Below are positions 47,741 through 55,828 of a DNA stretch of 64,000 bases, one piece after another. Under the pieces are notes generated by a model. It saw only the letters and a list, made by a program, of their open reading frames with translations, searched no databases and was not told the DNA's origin. Each line of letters opens with the position of its first letter. The first letter of the stretch is position 1. The stretch is taken from sequence record MN018232.1; one strand, given 5' to 3'. Both the position numbers and the translations under genes were made by a program.

Positions 47741-49783
47741 TTAGTAGGATGCTCTGCTAACGATTGCGGTACCAAGTGGTTGTCGGGGAGTTGTGGTCAG
47801 AAGTGCCTGTTCTTGTTCAGGGGTTTCGACAGTAGTAATTGGTGTACCTCTTACTAATGCGTTTGATCCATAACTTGATGAAACAATGTAGTTTGTTCCT
47901 GATACATCATTTCCAGAGGAAATGTTGTCAGCAATAACATCGACTGTTGTATTATTTACATCCAATTGTAGATAGAGATCTTGGAGACCAATCACATCAT
48001 TAGAGTATGGAGTTGCCGATACCTCTACCAATGGTGTATTTCTATTTACGATGGTAGAAATGATGTTAATTGGGTTGAGTTTGATTTCTCCCTTCTTGTA
48101 ATCAATAGTACCTACGTTCTGTTTTACAATAATTGGTTCAGTAGGTGAATTAAGTTTGAAGAGGAATACCGTACCTTTCTCAAGGTCACCTGTGGGTTTA
48201 TCACCAAGGTAAACCGTACCACTAATACCACTGACAGTGAAACCAGATGATTTGATATTGTAACCAACTAGGTTTCCATCGAAGACTGCACTATGACCAT
48301 GATTCTTCACATGGAAACGATTACCGAAGCATAATTCGTACTCAGCAAACTTATTAGGAGAAGCAACCATATCTCTTCTCATATTCACATTTGTGATGTT
48401 AGAAGTTACAGACTGATGGCTACTATCAATAACCTTTTGGAACTTGGAATATTTGAAACGAGCACCAAACTGATTAAGTTCTGATGAATCAGCGTAAGCA
48501 GTCAAGTTCTGTAATACTACATTCTGAACGAATGATGCATTAGGTGCAAGGTTTGTATTGTAGTATGTCTCACAATCTGCTTCAACATACAGATACTTCA
48601 GGTCAATGATCTCTGCTCGAATACCAGCAACTGAGTAACTTTTGATTCTCTGTTGAAGGTTTTGTTTGATTCCACTTGATAAGAAGACACCATTATATGG
48701 TTTGACACTGATGAACACCTTACCAAACTGTGGTGGGCTCAGATCCTCACCACCAAATGCTGATACTGATTCAGCTTCTGGGTAGATCTGTGGAATTAAT
48801 GCTTCATAATCAGCAGCAGTGACTGCTCTGTTCTGTGATGCGTAAATCTGCGGTGCATACTTCTTAATCGATTCAACAGATTCAATTGATTTACCACCTG
48901 TTGATTGTAAGACCGTTTCAATAATCGATACACCAGAACTAATTCCTGCACCGTTATTATCGTTTAGGTTACCAATAAATTGAAAGTTTGCAATGTTGTT
49001 TCCACTAGCTCCATTACTTGTGATATAACTTGCTTCAATATAATTCTTATCTTCAAGTTTGACACCAAAGACACCATCACCAAATAGTAATTCATATCTT
49101 TCTTGTGAAATCTCTTGAAGGAAATAAGCTCTGGTTGACTTAGTTACATCAAACAGACTTGTAAACAATTCAAACTGTCTTGTTACAGTTGAACTCTGGG
49201 TGTCTCTTACAACGACATTCAAGAGATCAGTATCAATACCTGAGTTAGGAAGAATAAACTTCTGAAGTTTATTACTACCATCTACCGTAAAAGTTTGTTT
49301 AATGTATGTTCCTTCGTAGATATTAATATTTCTAAATGATGCAGTACCAGTTGAATCTACTGGAACAGTAATATCATTTGGAATTGAGAATATAAAATTT
49401 CGACTCTTATTGACACCAGTTGATCTAGATGTCATGACTGCACCAGCCTTAAGTGTGACTGATACTGCGGTTGTATTACTTACGTCTACATCAAAAGATA
49501 CTTGGGCGGTTGATGCTTTTCTTGATCTAGGTACATACCCAATATTCCTCGCGAGAGACACCACGTTCTCCCTCAACGTGGCGCTATCGATGAATACCTC
49601 ATTAGATACCATATTGGCATTATATGAGGTGATATACGTATTATATGCTAACGTATCGATGATTGTGCTTAGATTCGATCCTTCAAAGTCGTAATCAGTG
49701 AAGTTTGAGTTCGAACGAAGATAGTCCTTGATAGACTCTTTGATCTGATCAAAATCTAAGTTGCTAAAATTAACTAGAGGCAT
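47741..49783 (-). CDS. g6: Baseplate wedge subunit gp6
   Basis: LDFDQIK, DYDFEGSNLS..ID.LAYNTY, QNRAVTAADY, PPQFGKVFIS. Confidence 0.96.
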   Translation of the reverse strand: MPLVNFSNLDFDQIKESIKDYLRSNSNFTDYDFEGSNLSTIIDTLAYNTYITSYNANMVSNEVFIDSATLRENVVSLARNIGYVPRSRKASTAQVSFDVDVSNTTAVSVTLKAGAVMTSRSTGVNKSRNFIFSIPNDITVPVDSTGTASFRNINIYEGTYIKQTFTVDGSNKLQKFILPNSGIDTDLLNVVVRDTQSSTVTRQFELFTSLFDVTKSTRAYFLQEISQERYELLFGDGVFGVKLEDKNYIEASYITSNGASGNNIANFQFIGNLNDNNGAGISSGVSIIETVLQSTGGKSIESVESIKKYAPQIYASQNRAVTAADYEALIPQIYPEAESVSAFGGEDLSPPQFGKVFISVKPYNGVFLSSGIKQNLQQRIKSYSVAGIRAEIIDLKYLYVEADCETYYNTNLAPNASFVQNVVLQNLTAYADSSELNQFGARFKYSKFQKVIDSSHQSVTSNITNVNMRRDMVASPNKFAEYELCFGNRFHVKNHGHSAVFDGNLVGYNIKSSGFTVSGISGTVYLGDKPTGDLEKGTVFLFKLNSPTEPIIVKQNVGTIDYKKGEIKLNPINIISTIVNRNTPLVEVSATPYSNDVIGLQDLYLQLDVNNTTVDVIADNISSGNDVSGTNYIVSSSYGSNALVRGTPITTVETPEQEQALLTTTPRQPLGTAIVSRASY

Positions 49784-50185
49784 TTACCTAGTGGGTTGTA
49801 ATGCAAATGATAATTGTTGTGGTGCTACGTCAATACCAATGATGTCATACCGAATGACTACATCGAAGGCATTATTGTCAAAGTTAGGGTTAACTTCAAC
49901 TTCTCTCAATCGAACTCTTGGTTCAAAGTTATTAATCGTGTTCTCAATCTCAGATCGAATAGAACTTGCTGTCAAGAAGTCTAAGTTTTCAAATAATAAG
50001 TTGGTGACATTTGATCCAATTGTTGGTTCAAATGGTTTCTCACCAGGAATGGTAAAGACTAAATTACGAATTGAACGAGCAATAGCATTCTCGTTTCTCA
50101 GGATAATCACATCAGAATTGATCGGATTAACCTGAAAAGTAGCACTTACGTCTTTAAAAGCTTTACTTATCCTTTGGACAGGCAC
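49784..50185 (-). CDS. g25: Baseplate wedge subunit gp25
   Basis: AIARSIRNLV.T..GEKPF.P.IGS, FEPRV; GTG start; late promoter upstream. Confidence 0.95.
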   Translation of the reverse strand: MPVQRISKAFKDVSATFQVNPINSDVIILRNENAIARSIRNLVFTIPGEKPFEPTIGSNVTNLLFENLDFLTASSIRSEIENTINNFEPRVRLREVEVNPNFDNNAFDVVIRYDIIGIDVAPQQLSFALQPTR

Positions 50186-50211
50186 TTAATTAATATACAA
50201 CAATTCTCAGT

Positions 50212-50219
50212 TATTTATA
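50212..50219 (-). promoter_or_regulatory. T4-type late promoter TATAAATA heading the baseplate operon
   Basis: Exact TATAAATA on minus strand, 27 nt before g25. Confidence 0.85.
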
Positions 50220-50235
50220 GGGGTATCCCGACAAA

Positions 50236-50391
50236 TCACTCAGTTAAAATTTGACTATTATCTTCATTCTCCCAGAAGTCTTTCCAGTCCACCTCAGATG
50301 CTTCATAGAAACCATCTTGACGGACTTTCTTCTGATTCTTTGGTGTCTTCTGATCGTGATTGATCTCTCTCAAAAAGTTCTTGTTGTCCAT
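50236..50391 (-). CDS. Small hypothetical protein (51 aa, not in ORF track)
   Basis: Manual translation MDNKNFLREINHDQKTPKNQKKVRQDGFYEASEVDWKDFWENEDNSQILTE. Confidence 0.6.
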   Translation of the reverse strand: MDNKNFLREINHDQKTPKNQKKVRQDGFYEASEVDWKDFWENEDNSQILTE

Positions 50392-50404
50392 ATAAGTCTT
50401 TTAC

Positions 50405-51031
50405 TTATATATCCTTCACCTCGTACATATAATGATCAGAGGTTTCAATCTTCCTTTTGTTCTCTACACTATAGACTGTAGTATCAATCTCAAATCCAGG
50501 ATTCTTTTCAATACGATTAAATGTCCAGGCATTATCATACCAAATGATTCGATTGTTAGGATAGGCGTAATAGTTACCAGTCTCTACTTTAAACAGGTGT
50601 GCACACTTATGTTCAGGTGTTTCTGAATAGTTGAGATCAGGTACACCTTTATTCTCCCAGGACCAATCTAAGGTGAACATATAATCACCCAATACCTTCT
50701 TACCATCAGGACGAATCAATTGTGCTTCAAGACCAGCAAGTCGATGTCGTCTTTGTACATCAATATAAGGACTGAAGCAATCCCAATACATGATCTGCTC
50801 TAAGGGTTCTATCTCGGCCTCTGGGTCCCAACAAAATGCATGTAGGGGTCTCCGTGTCCAATTGACACCATTCTCCAGAAACGCTTCAAATAGAGGCACA
50901 CGTTTCTCAATACTTGCCACACTATGAACATCGGCCTTAGTGACCTCTCCATGTCCTTTCTTGTGGTTATACAGAAACTCATTACGAATGTAACAAGACC
51001 AATCAGGTAAACTGTGATTTAAGTAAGCCAA
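50405..51031 (-). CDS. Hypothetical protein of a type recurrent in T4-like cyanophages
   Basis: MAYLNH.LP...YIRNEFLY, WDCFS, YAYPNNR; function unknown. Confidence 0.65.
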   Translation of the reverse strand: MAYLNHSLPDWSCYIRNEFLYNHKKGHGEVTKADVHSVASIEKRVPLFEAFLENGVNWTRRPLHAFCWDPEAEIEPLEQIMYWDCFSPYIDVQRRHRLAGLEAQLIRPDGKKVLGDYMFTLDWSWENKGVPDLNYSETPEHKCAHLFKVETGNYYAYPNNRIIWYDNAWTFNRIEKNPGFEIDTTVYSVENKRKIETSDHYMYEVKDI

Positions 51032-51393
51032 TTCCTTTCTCCTGGAAAATAATAATCAGTGAGTTCTTCGTCCTTAAGTATATCACGAACTGCATACAGT
51101 TTACCTGTACTTCGTTCATATGCTACATTCGGTTCATGTGAATGATTGATGTAATACTGTTGACCTAACCGTTGTAGATCATCATCAATCCAATAACCAT
51201 TACCATCATAATAAGTCATCTTCTCTAGATACTCTCTTATTTCAGATGATATCTGCCATTCACATATTTGAACACACTTCTTAGGTTCAAAGATAATAGT
51301 ATCTTTTGGAATATCCACTAAAGAAAAAACACCCACCCCGTCACAGACTTTACTGGGAGCGAGATAGGTGTAAACAGTTAGATTATAACTCAA
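51019..51393 (-). CDS. SET-domain protein (putative protein-lysine methyltransferase)
   Basis: GVGVF (GxG), INHSHEPN (NHSxxPN), A.RDI...EELTDYY (ELxxDY variant); TTG start overlapping upstream TGA. Confidence 0.85.
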   Translation of the reverse strand: MSYNLTVYTYLAPSKVCDGVGVFSLVDIPKDTIIFEPKKCVQICEWQISSEIREYLEKMTYYDGNGYWIDDDLQRLGQQYYINHSHEPNVAYERSTGKLYAVRDILKDEELTDYYFPGERNWLT

Positions 51394-51536
51394 CGTCCTT
51401 GACCACGATAACGCTTCTTCTTACCGTTTCGAGAGGAAGCTGACAACTTAGTGTGCTTACCACTACCTTGACGTGATTTCTTTGGAGTTGACTCGATCAT
51501 TGTTTGACCAGTCAGTGAACGTTTAAACTTTGCCAT
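51390..51536 (-). CDS. Small highly basic protein (48 aa, not in ORF track)
   Basis: MAKFKRSLTGQTMIESTPKKSRQGSGKHTKLSASSRNGKKKRYRGQGR; GAGG ribosome-binding site. Confidence 0.7.
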   Translation of the reverse strand: MAKFKRSLTGQTMIESTPKKSRQGSGKHTKLSASSRNGKKKRYRGQGR

Positions 51537-51544
51537 AATACCTC

Positions 51545-52111
51545 CTAATATGGTTCAAAATAATTTAAAACTTCATCAATGTGAAACACATAGCACGGAG
51601 CTGTTGTGTATCCATAGTATAACATCTTTTGTATCCTATGGGAACCATCCATTGATCTATATCTCTTTCCAGTAATCGTAGTAGTACCATCTAATAAGAT
51701 ACCTGGATATGTAATATCTGCTTCAATGACTCTACTACCACCACAACATGGACAATATAATGTATCTGAGGTAGCTCCATATTTCTCTTCCTGATACCAT
51801 TGAATATCAGAAATCGGAACATCCAGTAGTCTATCTGAATTACGCATCCAATTCAATCTTCTTAATCGAATCCAATACCCTTCACCTACCTCTGGAATAT
51901 ACCAATTGGTTTCGGACTTGAATCCAGACTTATCATAATGTTGAAAACTATCACCCTCAAAGTAATGAGAAAATAATAACTCATCATACCATCCATCATA
52001 ACCATATAACTTTAATTCATTGTCTCGATAATCATCAATACAATAAATGTTACCAGGTATCAGTTCTGGATACTGTGAGAAACCATCATACAATACAAGT
52101 AATCCTTTCAT
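51545..52111 (-). CDS. ParB/sulfiredoxin-like domain protein
   Basis: YPGIL...YRSMDGSHRIQKM (DGxHR); start moved to MKGLL because the track start lies in a terminator. Confidence 0.55.
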   Translation of the reverse strand: MKGLLVLYDGFSQYPELIPGNIYCIDDYRDNELKLYGYDGWYDELLFSHYFEGDSFQHYDKSGFKSETNWYIPEVGEGYWIRLRRLNWMRNSDRLLDVPISDIQWYQEEKYGATSDTLYCPCCGGSRVIEADITYPGILLDGTTTITGKRYRSMDGSHRIQKMLYYGYTTAPCYVFHIDEVLNYFEPY

Positions 52112-52113
52112 AT

Positions 52114-52136
52114 AAAAAAAGGGGGTCGAAACCCCC
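52114..52136 (-). terminator. Intrinsic terminator
   Basis: GGGGGT-TTCG-ACCCCC followed by T7. Confidence 0.9.
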
Positions 52137-52141
52137 ATACA

Positions 52142-52921
52142 TCAGATCACCCGAGTCTTCTCATGACCCACTCGAATACGTGGATCACACCAGATATCAT
52201 ATCCAGCTTCAATTGCATCAAGACAGAATGAAACGTCTTCACCACACATATCTTGAACTGCACCACTTTCAAACACTTGCATCTTTGGTGCAAACCAAGG
52301 ATACTTCATCTTCTCATTCTCAAAGACACCATTCTGAATCAGAACCCAACCGAATCCAGTGTAGTCAACAGTAAATGGCTTCTTACGCTTACTGATACCA
52401 TCAACCATCTCATGGTTCATCACACCACCATTATTCCTGAAGTCATCTTCTTCCAACCAATGCGCAACAGAGGTTGTCCGCCCGTCCTCAGTCGAATACC
52501 AACCTGCAACGATTTCCTTCTCCTCACCTTCAGAGTTTAAAGCTAGGTCGCACAGCTGCCAGAACTTCTCAGTGTTAAAAATAATATCAGAGTCAATCCA
52601 CAACTGATAATCATAATTCAACTTACCATCCCAAGGAATCTGGTCAGGCCCTCTCAACACATTGGCGCCGAGACACTTACAACGTGCGAAGTTCACCATA
52701 GACGAGTAATCCTGACTGATCTGAATACTCATCTGGTTCTGTACAAGATCAAAACATAACTGTACAAAATTCTTCATGAATGCATATGAACATCCACGTC
52801 CTGGAAGACAAAAAACAATTGCCTTCCCTCTCATCCTTTCTTTGATCGCTTCATAGTCCCACTCAGGACCTTTATCTTTCTTCTTTGGTTCTGAAGCTTT
52901 TACTGTAAAACCTTTAGCCAT
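52142..52921 (-). CDS. GT-A-fold glycosyltransferase-like protein
   Basis: LWIDSDIIF (DxD), GFGWVLI, GEDVSFC...G..IW.DP...VGHEK; start at MAKGF with GGAG RBS. Confidence 0.65.
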   Translation of the reverse strand: MAKGFTVKASEPKKKDKGPEWDYEAIKERMRGKAIVFCLPGRGCSYAFMKNFVQLCFDLVQNQMSIQISQDYSSMVNFARCKCLGANVLRGPDQIPWDGKLNYDYQLWIDSDIIFNTEKFWQLCDLALNSEGEEKEIVAGWYSTEDGRTTSVAHWLEEDDFRNNGGVMNHEMVDGISKRKKPFTVDYTGFGWVLIQNGVFENEKMKYPWFAPKMQVFESGAVQDMCGEDVSFCLDAIEAGYDIWCDPRIRVGHEKTRVI

Positions 52922-52950
52922 GAATTTGAAATCACTCCATTTCAATTTTT

Positions 52951-52979
52951 ATTATACCAAGTATGTAGTCCTCTGTCAA
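52951..52979 (-). promoter_or_regulatory. Sigma70-type early promoter
   Basis: TTGACA-N17-TATAAT, perfect consensus. Confidence 0.9.
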
Positions 52980-53001
52980 TCACTGAGGGTATCGGTAAAC
53001 C

Positions 53002-53214
53002 CTACTGTGACGTGTCTGACAAATTACTGATATCCACTCCTTCTTGTAGTACATTCACTACCTCATATGAGAGATCCTCAGCTTGATAGTCAGTCTTCAC
53101 TAGGCCCACCAGGTTCTTTAAAGTCTCCCAACTACTTCGAAAATTCTCTTCTGACAAACTATGTAATACACACTCGTCCTTTAAGTATATGTGGTAGATC
53201 TTTGTAGAACTCAT
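53002..53214 (-). CDS. Small hypothetical protein
   Basis: KIYHIYLKDEC..HSLSEE.F; co-oriented in the early region. Confidence 0.6.
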   Translation of the reverse strand: MSSTKIYHIYLKDECVLHSLSEENFRSSWETLKNLVGLVKTDYQAEDLSYEVVNVLQEGVDISNLSDTSQ

Positions 53215-53397
53215 AGATGCGCCGACCTTCTCAGGATTTTTTTATATATGGAATTTTTTTTATATATGCAATATCTTAAGGCCGTTTGGGGACCTTTGTA
53301 GGTTAGGAAAGGCGCAATTTCTTTTAAGGGGGGGCTCTTTGCGGGATCCCCGCGGTACTCGAAGGCCCTAAAATACTGTCGAATTTGGCATAGTGTC

Positions 53398-53440
53398 ATT
53401 ATAACATATAAGGCCACAGAGTGTCAAGAACTGTGGCCCT
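53398..53440 (-). promoter_or_regulatory. Sigma70 promoter with -35 in a stem-loop
   Basis: TTGACA-N18-TATAAT with extended TG; GGCCACAG/CTGTGGCC stem encloses the -35. Confidence 0.8.
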
Positions 53441-53449
53441 GGTATGTTA

Positions 53450-53701
53450 TCACGCGAAGAGATAAGTTCCGCGGTCGATGCGAGTAACTCCGCGTCCTTC
53501 TTTCACAGCTTTCAGGATAGCCATTTTAGTCATAAAGTTCCCGCAGCATTCAGTCTGCATCCATGTGTCCCATGCACGGTTGTTGTTATACAGTGCACGC
53601 AGAGTAGGATACAACTCCTGCAGTGTATATGCACCGTTGAGTGATGGGATGATGTCGCGGACCCAATTGCGGATCTCTTTGTTAATTGCTTTGGTTTCCA
53701 T
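53450..53701 (-). CDS. Small early protein, possible winged helix
   Basis: Likely start METKA; YTLQELYPTLR...VKEGRGVTRIDRGTYLF. Confidence 0.55.
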   Translation of the reverse strand: METKAINKEIRNWVRDIIPSLNGAYTLQELYPTLRALYNNNRAWDTWMQTECCGNFMTKMAILKAVKEGRGVTRIDRGTYLFA

Positions 53702-53787
53702 GTGTTGAGTGTGTGGTGAGTAGTGTATACAAAGGGGGTTCATATAGGCCCCCTTATATAAGCCCTTCATATAGGGCCCTTATGTGA

Positions 53788-53940
53788 TCAGAACTCAAGC
53801 GGTTCGAGTGTAGGTTGGGCCTGGGGGATTTGCACCTGTTCGATGTTATCACTGTTCGTAGCGATAGCCTCAAGGATGTTCAGGATTTGAGCACCATTGT
53901 TACCCTTACGGAGCAGGGAGATCATCAGATTGCGGGACAT
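53788..53940 (-). CDS. Small early hypothetical protein (50 aa, not in ORF track)
   Basis: MSRNLMISLLRKGNNGAQILNILEAIATNSDNIEQVQIPQAQPTLEPLEF. Confidence 0.65.
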   Translation of the reverse strand: MSRNLMISLLRKGNNGAQILNILEAIATNSDNIEQVQIPQAQPTLEPLEF

Positions 53941-54078
53941 GTGTTAGTGTGAGTTAGTGTGTGTTTTGTGTGTCGTAGTTTATAGTCATTGCGGACTGTA
54001 GTGAGTGTTATATAAGGGGCCGTATATAAGGGGGCTTATATGGCCCGGCCCTATATGAGTTAGTGTTACTTAGTGACC

Positions 54079-54300
54079 TTAATAGTGACTGGCCAGTTTG
54101 ATAACCTGATCATCCTTGACAATACGATTAGGGCCAGACTTAGTTTCGAATTGATGATAAACAGCATCAGGAGATTCGCCTTCCCAGCTGATAGCATCGG
54201 TCAAAGATGTGCACATCTCACGAACAGTCTTAGTGCCGCGATAAGTGGCATCGAATTGATCTTCAAGAACAGAAAGTGCGTAACGGAAAGTCATAGTCAT
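54079..54300 (-). CDS. Small early hypothetical protein
   Basis: ORF track; co-oriented, CA-rich leader. Confidence 0.6.
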   Translation of the reverse strand: MTMTFRYALSVLEDQFDATYRGTKTVREMCTSLTDAISWEGESPDAVYHQFETKSGPNRIVKDDQVIKLASHY

Positions 54301-54342
54301 AATGTGAAATTGAATGTTAATTAGTGTTGTGGTGAATGTGGC

Positions 54343-54459
54343 TCAGAGAAGCGCTTTGCGTTTGCGATTGATCTGAGAGGGCAGTACAGTGACTGTTACT
54401 TTCTTGCCATTAGCTTTGAGTTCATCAATGGACTTCAGCAGTTGTTGATAGTTGGTCAT
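54343..54459 (-). CDS. Small early hypothetical protein (38 aa, not in ORF track)
   Basis: MTNYQQLLKSIDELKANGKKVTVTVLPSQINRKRKALL; 20 nt downstream of the repeated 32-bp motif. Confidence 0.6.
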   Translation of the reverse strand: MTNYQQLLKSIDELKANGKKVTVTVLPSQINRKRKALL

Positions 54460-54478
54460 GATGATTGCCGTGGTTACA

Positions 54479-54510
54479 CTATAGCGGACCTTTGGAGGTG
54501 AGTAATTTTG
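54479..54510 (-). promoter_or_regulatory. Repeated 32-bp promoter-like motif, copy 1
   Basis: CAAAATTACTCACCTCCAAAGGTCCGCTATAG; 28/32 identical to the copy at 55537-55568. Confidence 0.7.
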
Positions 54511-54562
54511 AAGTCCTCAAAGTGTTACAGATAAGTGATACTGATTTGACAGGATTTGGGGG

Positions 54563-54591
54563 TTGACATTGAGACTTAAGCCTGATAGAAT
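54563..54591 (+). promoter_or_regulatory. Plus-strand sigma70-like promoter
   Basis: TTGACA-N17-TAGAAT, opposite to all coding genes. Confidence 0.65.
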
Positions 54592-54772
54592 ACGGGGTAA
54601 GATGACTATAAGATCAGGCCTTTATGATGCCCTTTAATACACTCATGAGACCCCAGCTAGTGACTCTGTAACACCTTTCTAGACACTTTTGCAAATCACT
54701 TATAAGCATTTAAAAAGCCATTTACAACATAAAAAAAGGCAAATAGCAGTATTTATTCACCTTTTTGAGACG

Positions 54773-55039
54773 TTATTTTACAGAATGAGACTTTCTTACT
54801 CTACGGACTTCATCATCAACTACTTCGCCAATTGTAGTGTAAATGTAGTCAGTATTTCCTACCTCATATAGCACTTCATTTGTATCATCTTGATTAAGAT
54901 AAATTTCATCATTAGATACATCATTGAAGTAAAATACATCCTCTTTAGTATAGATGAAGAAAGCACATATAGCATCCTCTCCTTGTTCTTCAATCAGACA
55001 ATCTACAATAGATTTTAGTTTAGATAGTGTGTGGTACAT
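54773..55039 (-). CDS. Small acidic hypothetical protein
   Basis: LIEEQGEDAICA.FIYTKEDV; co-oriented chain. Confidence 0.6.
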   Translation of the reverse strand: MYHTLSKLKSIVDCLIEEQGEDAICAFFIYTKEDVFYFNDVSNDEIYLNQDDTNEVLYEVGNTDYIYTTIGEVVDDEVRRVRKSHSVK

Positions 55040-55042
55040 AAT

Positions 55043-55207
55043 TCAGTGAGTGAAAGGATTAACAGTAGCTCGTGTTACTGGATCACCTAATTGTTCTCTG
55101 GTTGGTATATCATCATGAGGACGATATGCAGAGATGATAGGTGATAACAAGAGAGCTAATCGTTCATCTAATTGTGTATGTCTGAGGTGATAGATTTGAT
55201 GATTCAT
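55043..55207 (-). CDS. Small hypothetical protein (54 aa, not in ORF track)
   Basis: ATGA-coupled to the upstream ORF; MNHQIYHLRHTQLDERLALLLSPIISAYRPHDDIPTREQLGDPVTRATVNPFTH. Confidence 0.5.
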   Translation of the reverse strand: MNHQIYHLRHTQLDERLALLLSPIISAYRPHDDIPTREQLGDPVTRATVNPFTH

Positions 55208-55518
55208 ACAGTAGTCATCTCCAGGTAATCAGCTTCAGTTTGTAACTTCTTACCATTCCAAATATAGATCATTGGATCATCACAAGCACCATAATCTTCA
55301 ACCTCTCCATCATCATCAAAGGTGACATAATCGCGAACAGAAACTACAACCATTGTGGTCTGATTACCGAGATGATTGATACAAGCGGTTTGAACATATT
55401 CATCTAAATCACCACAAGCTGGAGTCCATTGAATATCAAGATCTTCATTGCGATCTTCCTCTACAATATAACTCTCATCAATAGAAAAGTCAAAGGCTTC
55501 AATAGTAGCGAATTCCAT
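55204..55518 (-). CDS. Small acidic hypothetical protein
   Basis: ORF track; starts 19 nt downstream of motif copy 2. Confidence 0.6.
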   Translation of the reverse strand: MEFATIEAFDFSIDESYIVEEDRNEDLDIQWTPACGDLDEYVQTACINHLGNQTTMVVVSVRDYVTFDDDGEVEDYGACDDPMIYIWNGKKLQTEADYLEMTTV

Positions 55519-55536
55519 GTGATTAGCGTGATTGTA

Positions 55537-55568
55537 CTATAGTGGACGTTTGAAGGTGAGTAACTTTG
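55537..55568 (-). promoter_or_regulatory. Repeated 32-bp promoter-like motif, copy 2
   Basis: CAAAGTTACTCACCTTCAAACGTCCACTATAG. Confidence 0.7.
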
Positions 55569-55573
55569 TAGAG

Positions 55574-55732
55574 TTAAGATTGGGATACTTTATTGATAAC
55601 AACTCGATGAGCAGGGTATCTAGCCTCTACTAATTGTCTTATAAAGTCTCTATCAGAACGATCAGATTGAAGAGAAAACTCATGCCTTCTCCCCTTGTCA
55701 TCATTCCAATAACCAGTGCAATTGTAAATCAT
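55574..55732 (-). CDS. Small hypothetical protein (52 aa, not in ORF track)
   Basis: MIYNCTGYWNDDKGRRHEFSLQSDRSDRDFIRQLVEARYPAHRVVINKVSQS. Confidence 0.55.
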   Translation of the reverse strand: MIYNCTGYWNDDKGRRHEFSLQSDRSDRDFIRQLVEARYPAHRVVINKVSQS

Positions 55733-55828
55733 TTGAAGAAATTAAGACGATGTAATTCAGTATAAGCGAAACGACGCATATTGTCATCCTCTGTTGTATG
55801 ATACAAATTAATCATACGCTGACAATAA

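Noticed and set aside
1564-50135. Numerous plus-strand and alternate-frame ORFs of 60-165 aa overlapping the structural genes
   Set aside because: They are antisense or out-of-frame shadows of strongly codon-biased genes, with no RBS or promoter support and no recognisable motifs.
53211-53417. 68-aa ORF from the track
   Set aside because: Its start lies inside the promoter, upstream of the predicted TSS, and it crosses homopolymer runs and palindromes; better read as non-coding.
54689-54871. Plus-strand 60-aa ORF downstream of the plus-strand promoter
   Set aside because: Non-ATG start, no RBS, crosses an A7 run and overlaps a better minus-strand gene; cannot be fully excluded.
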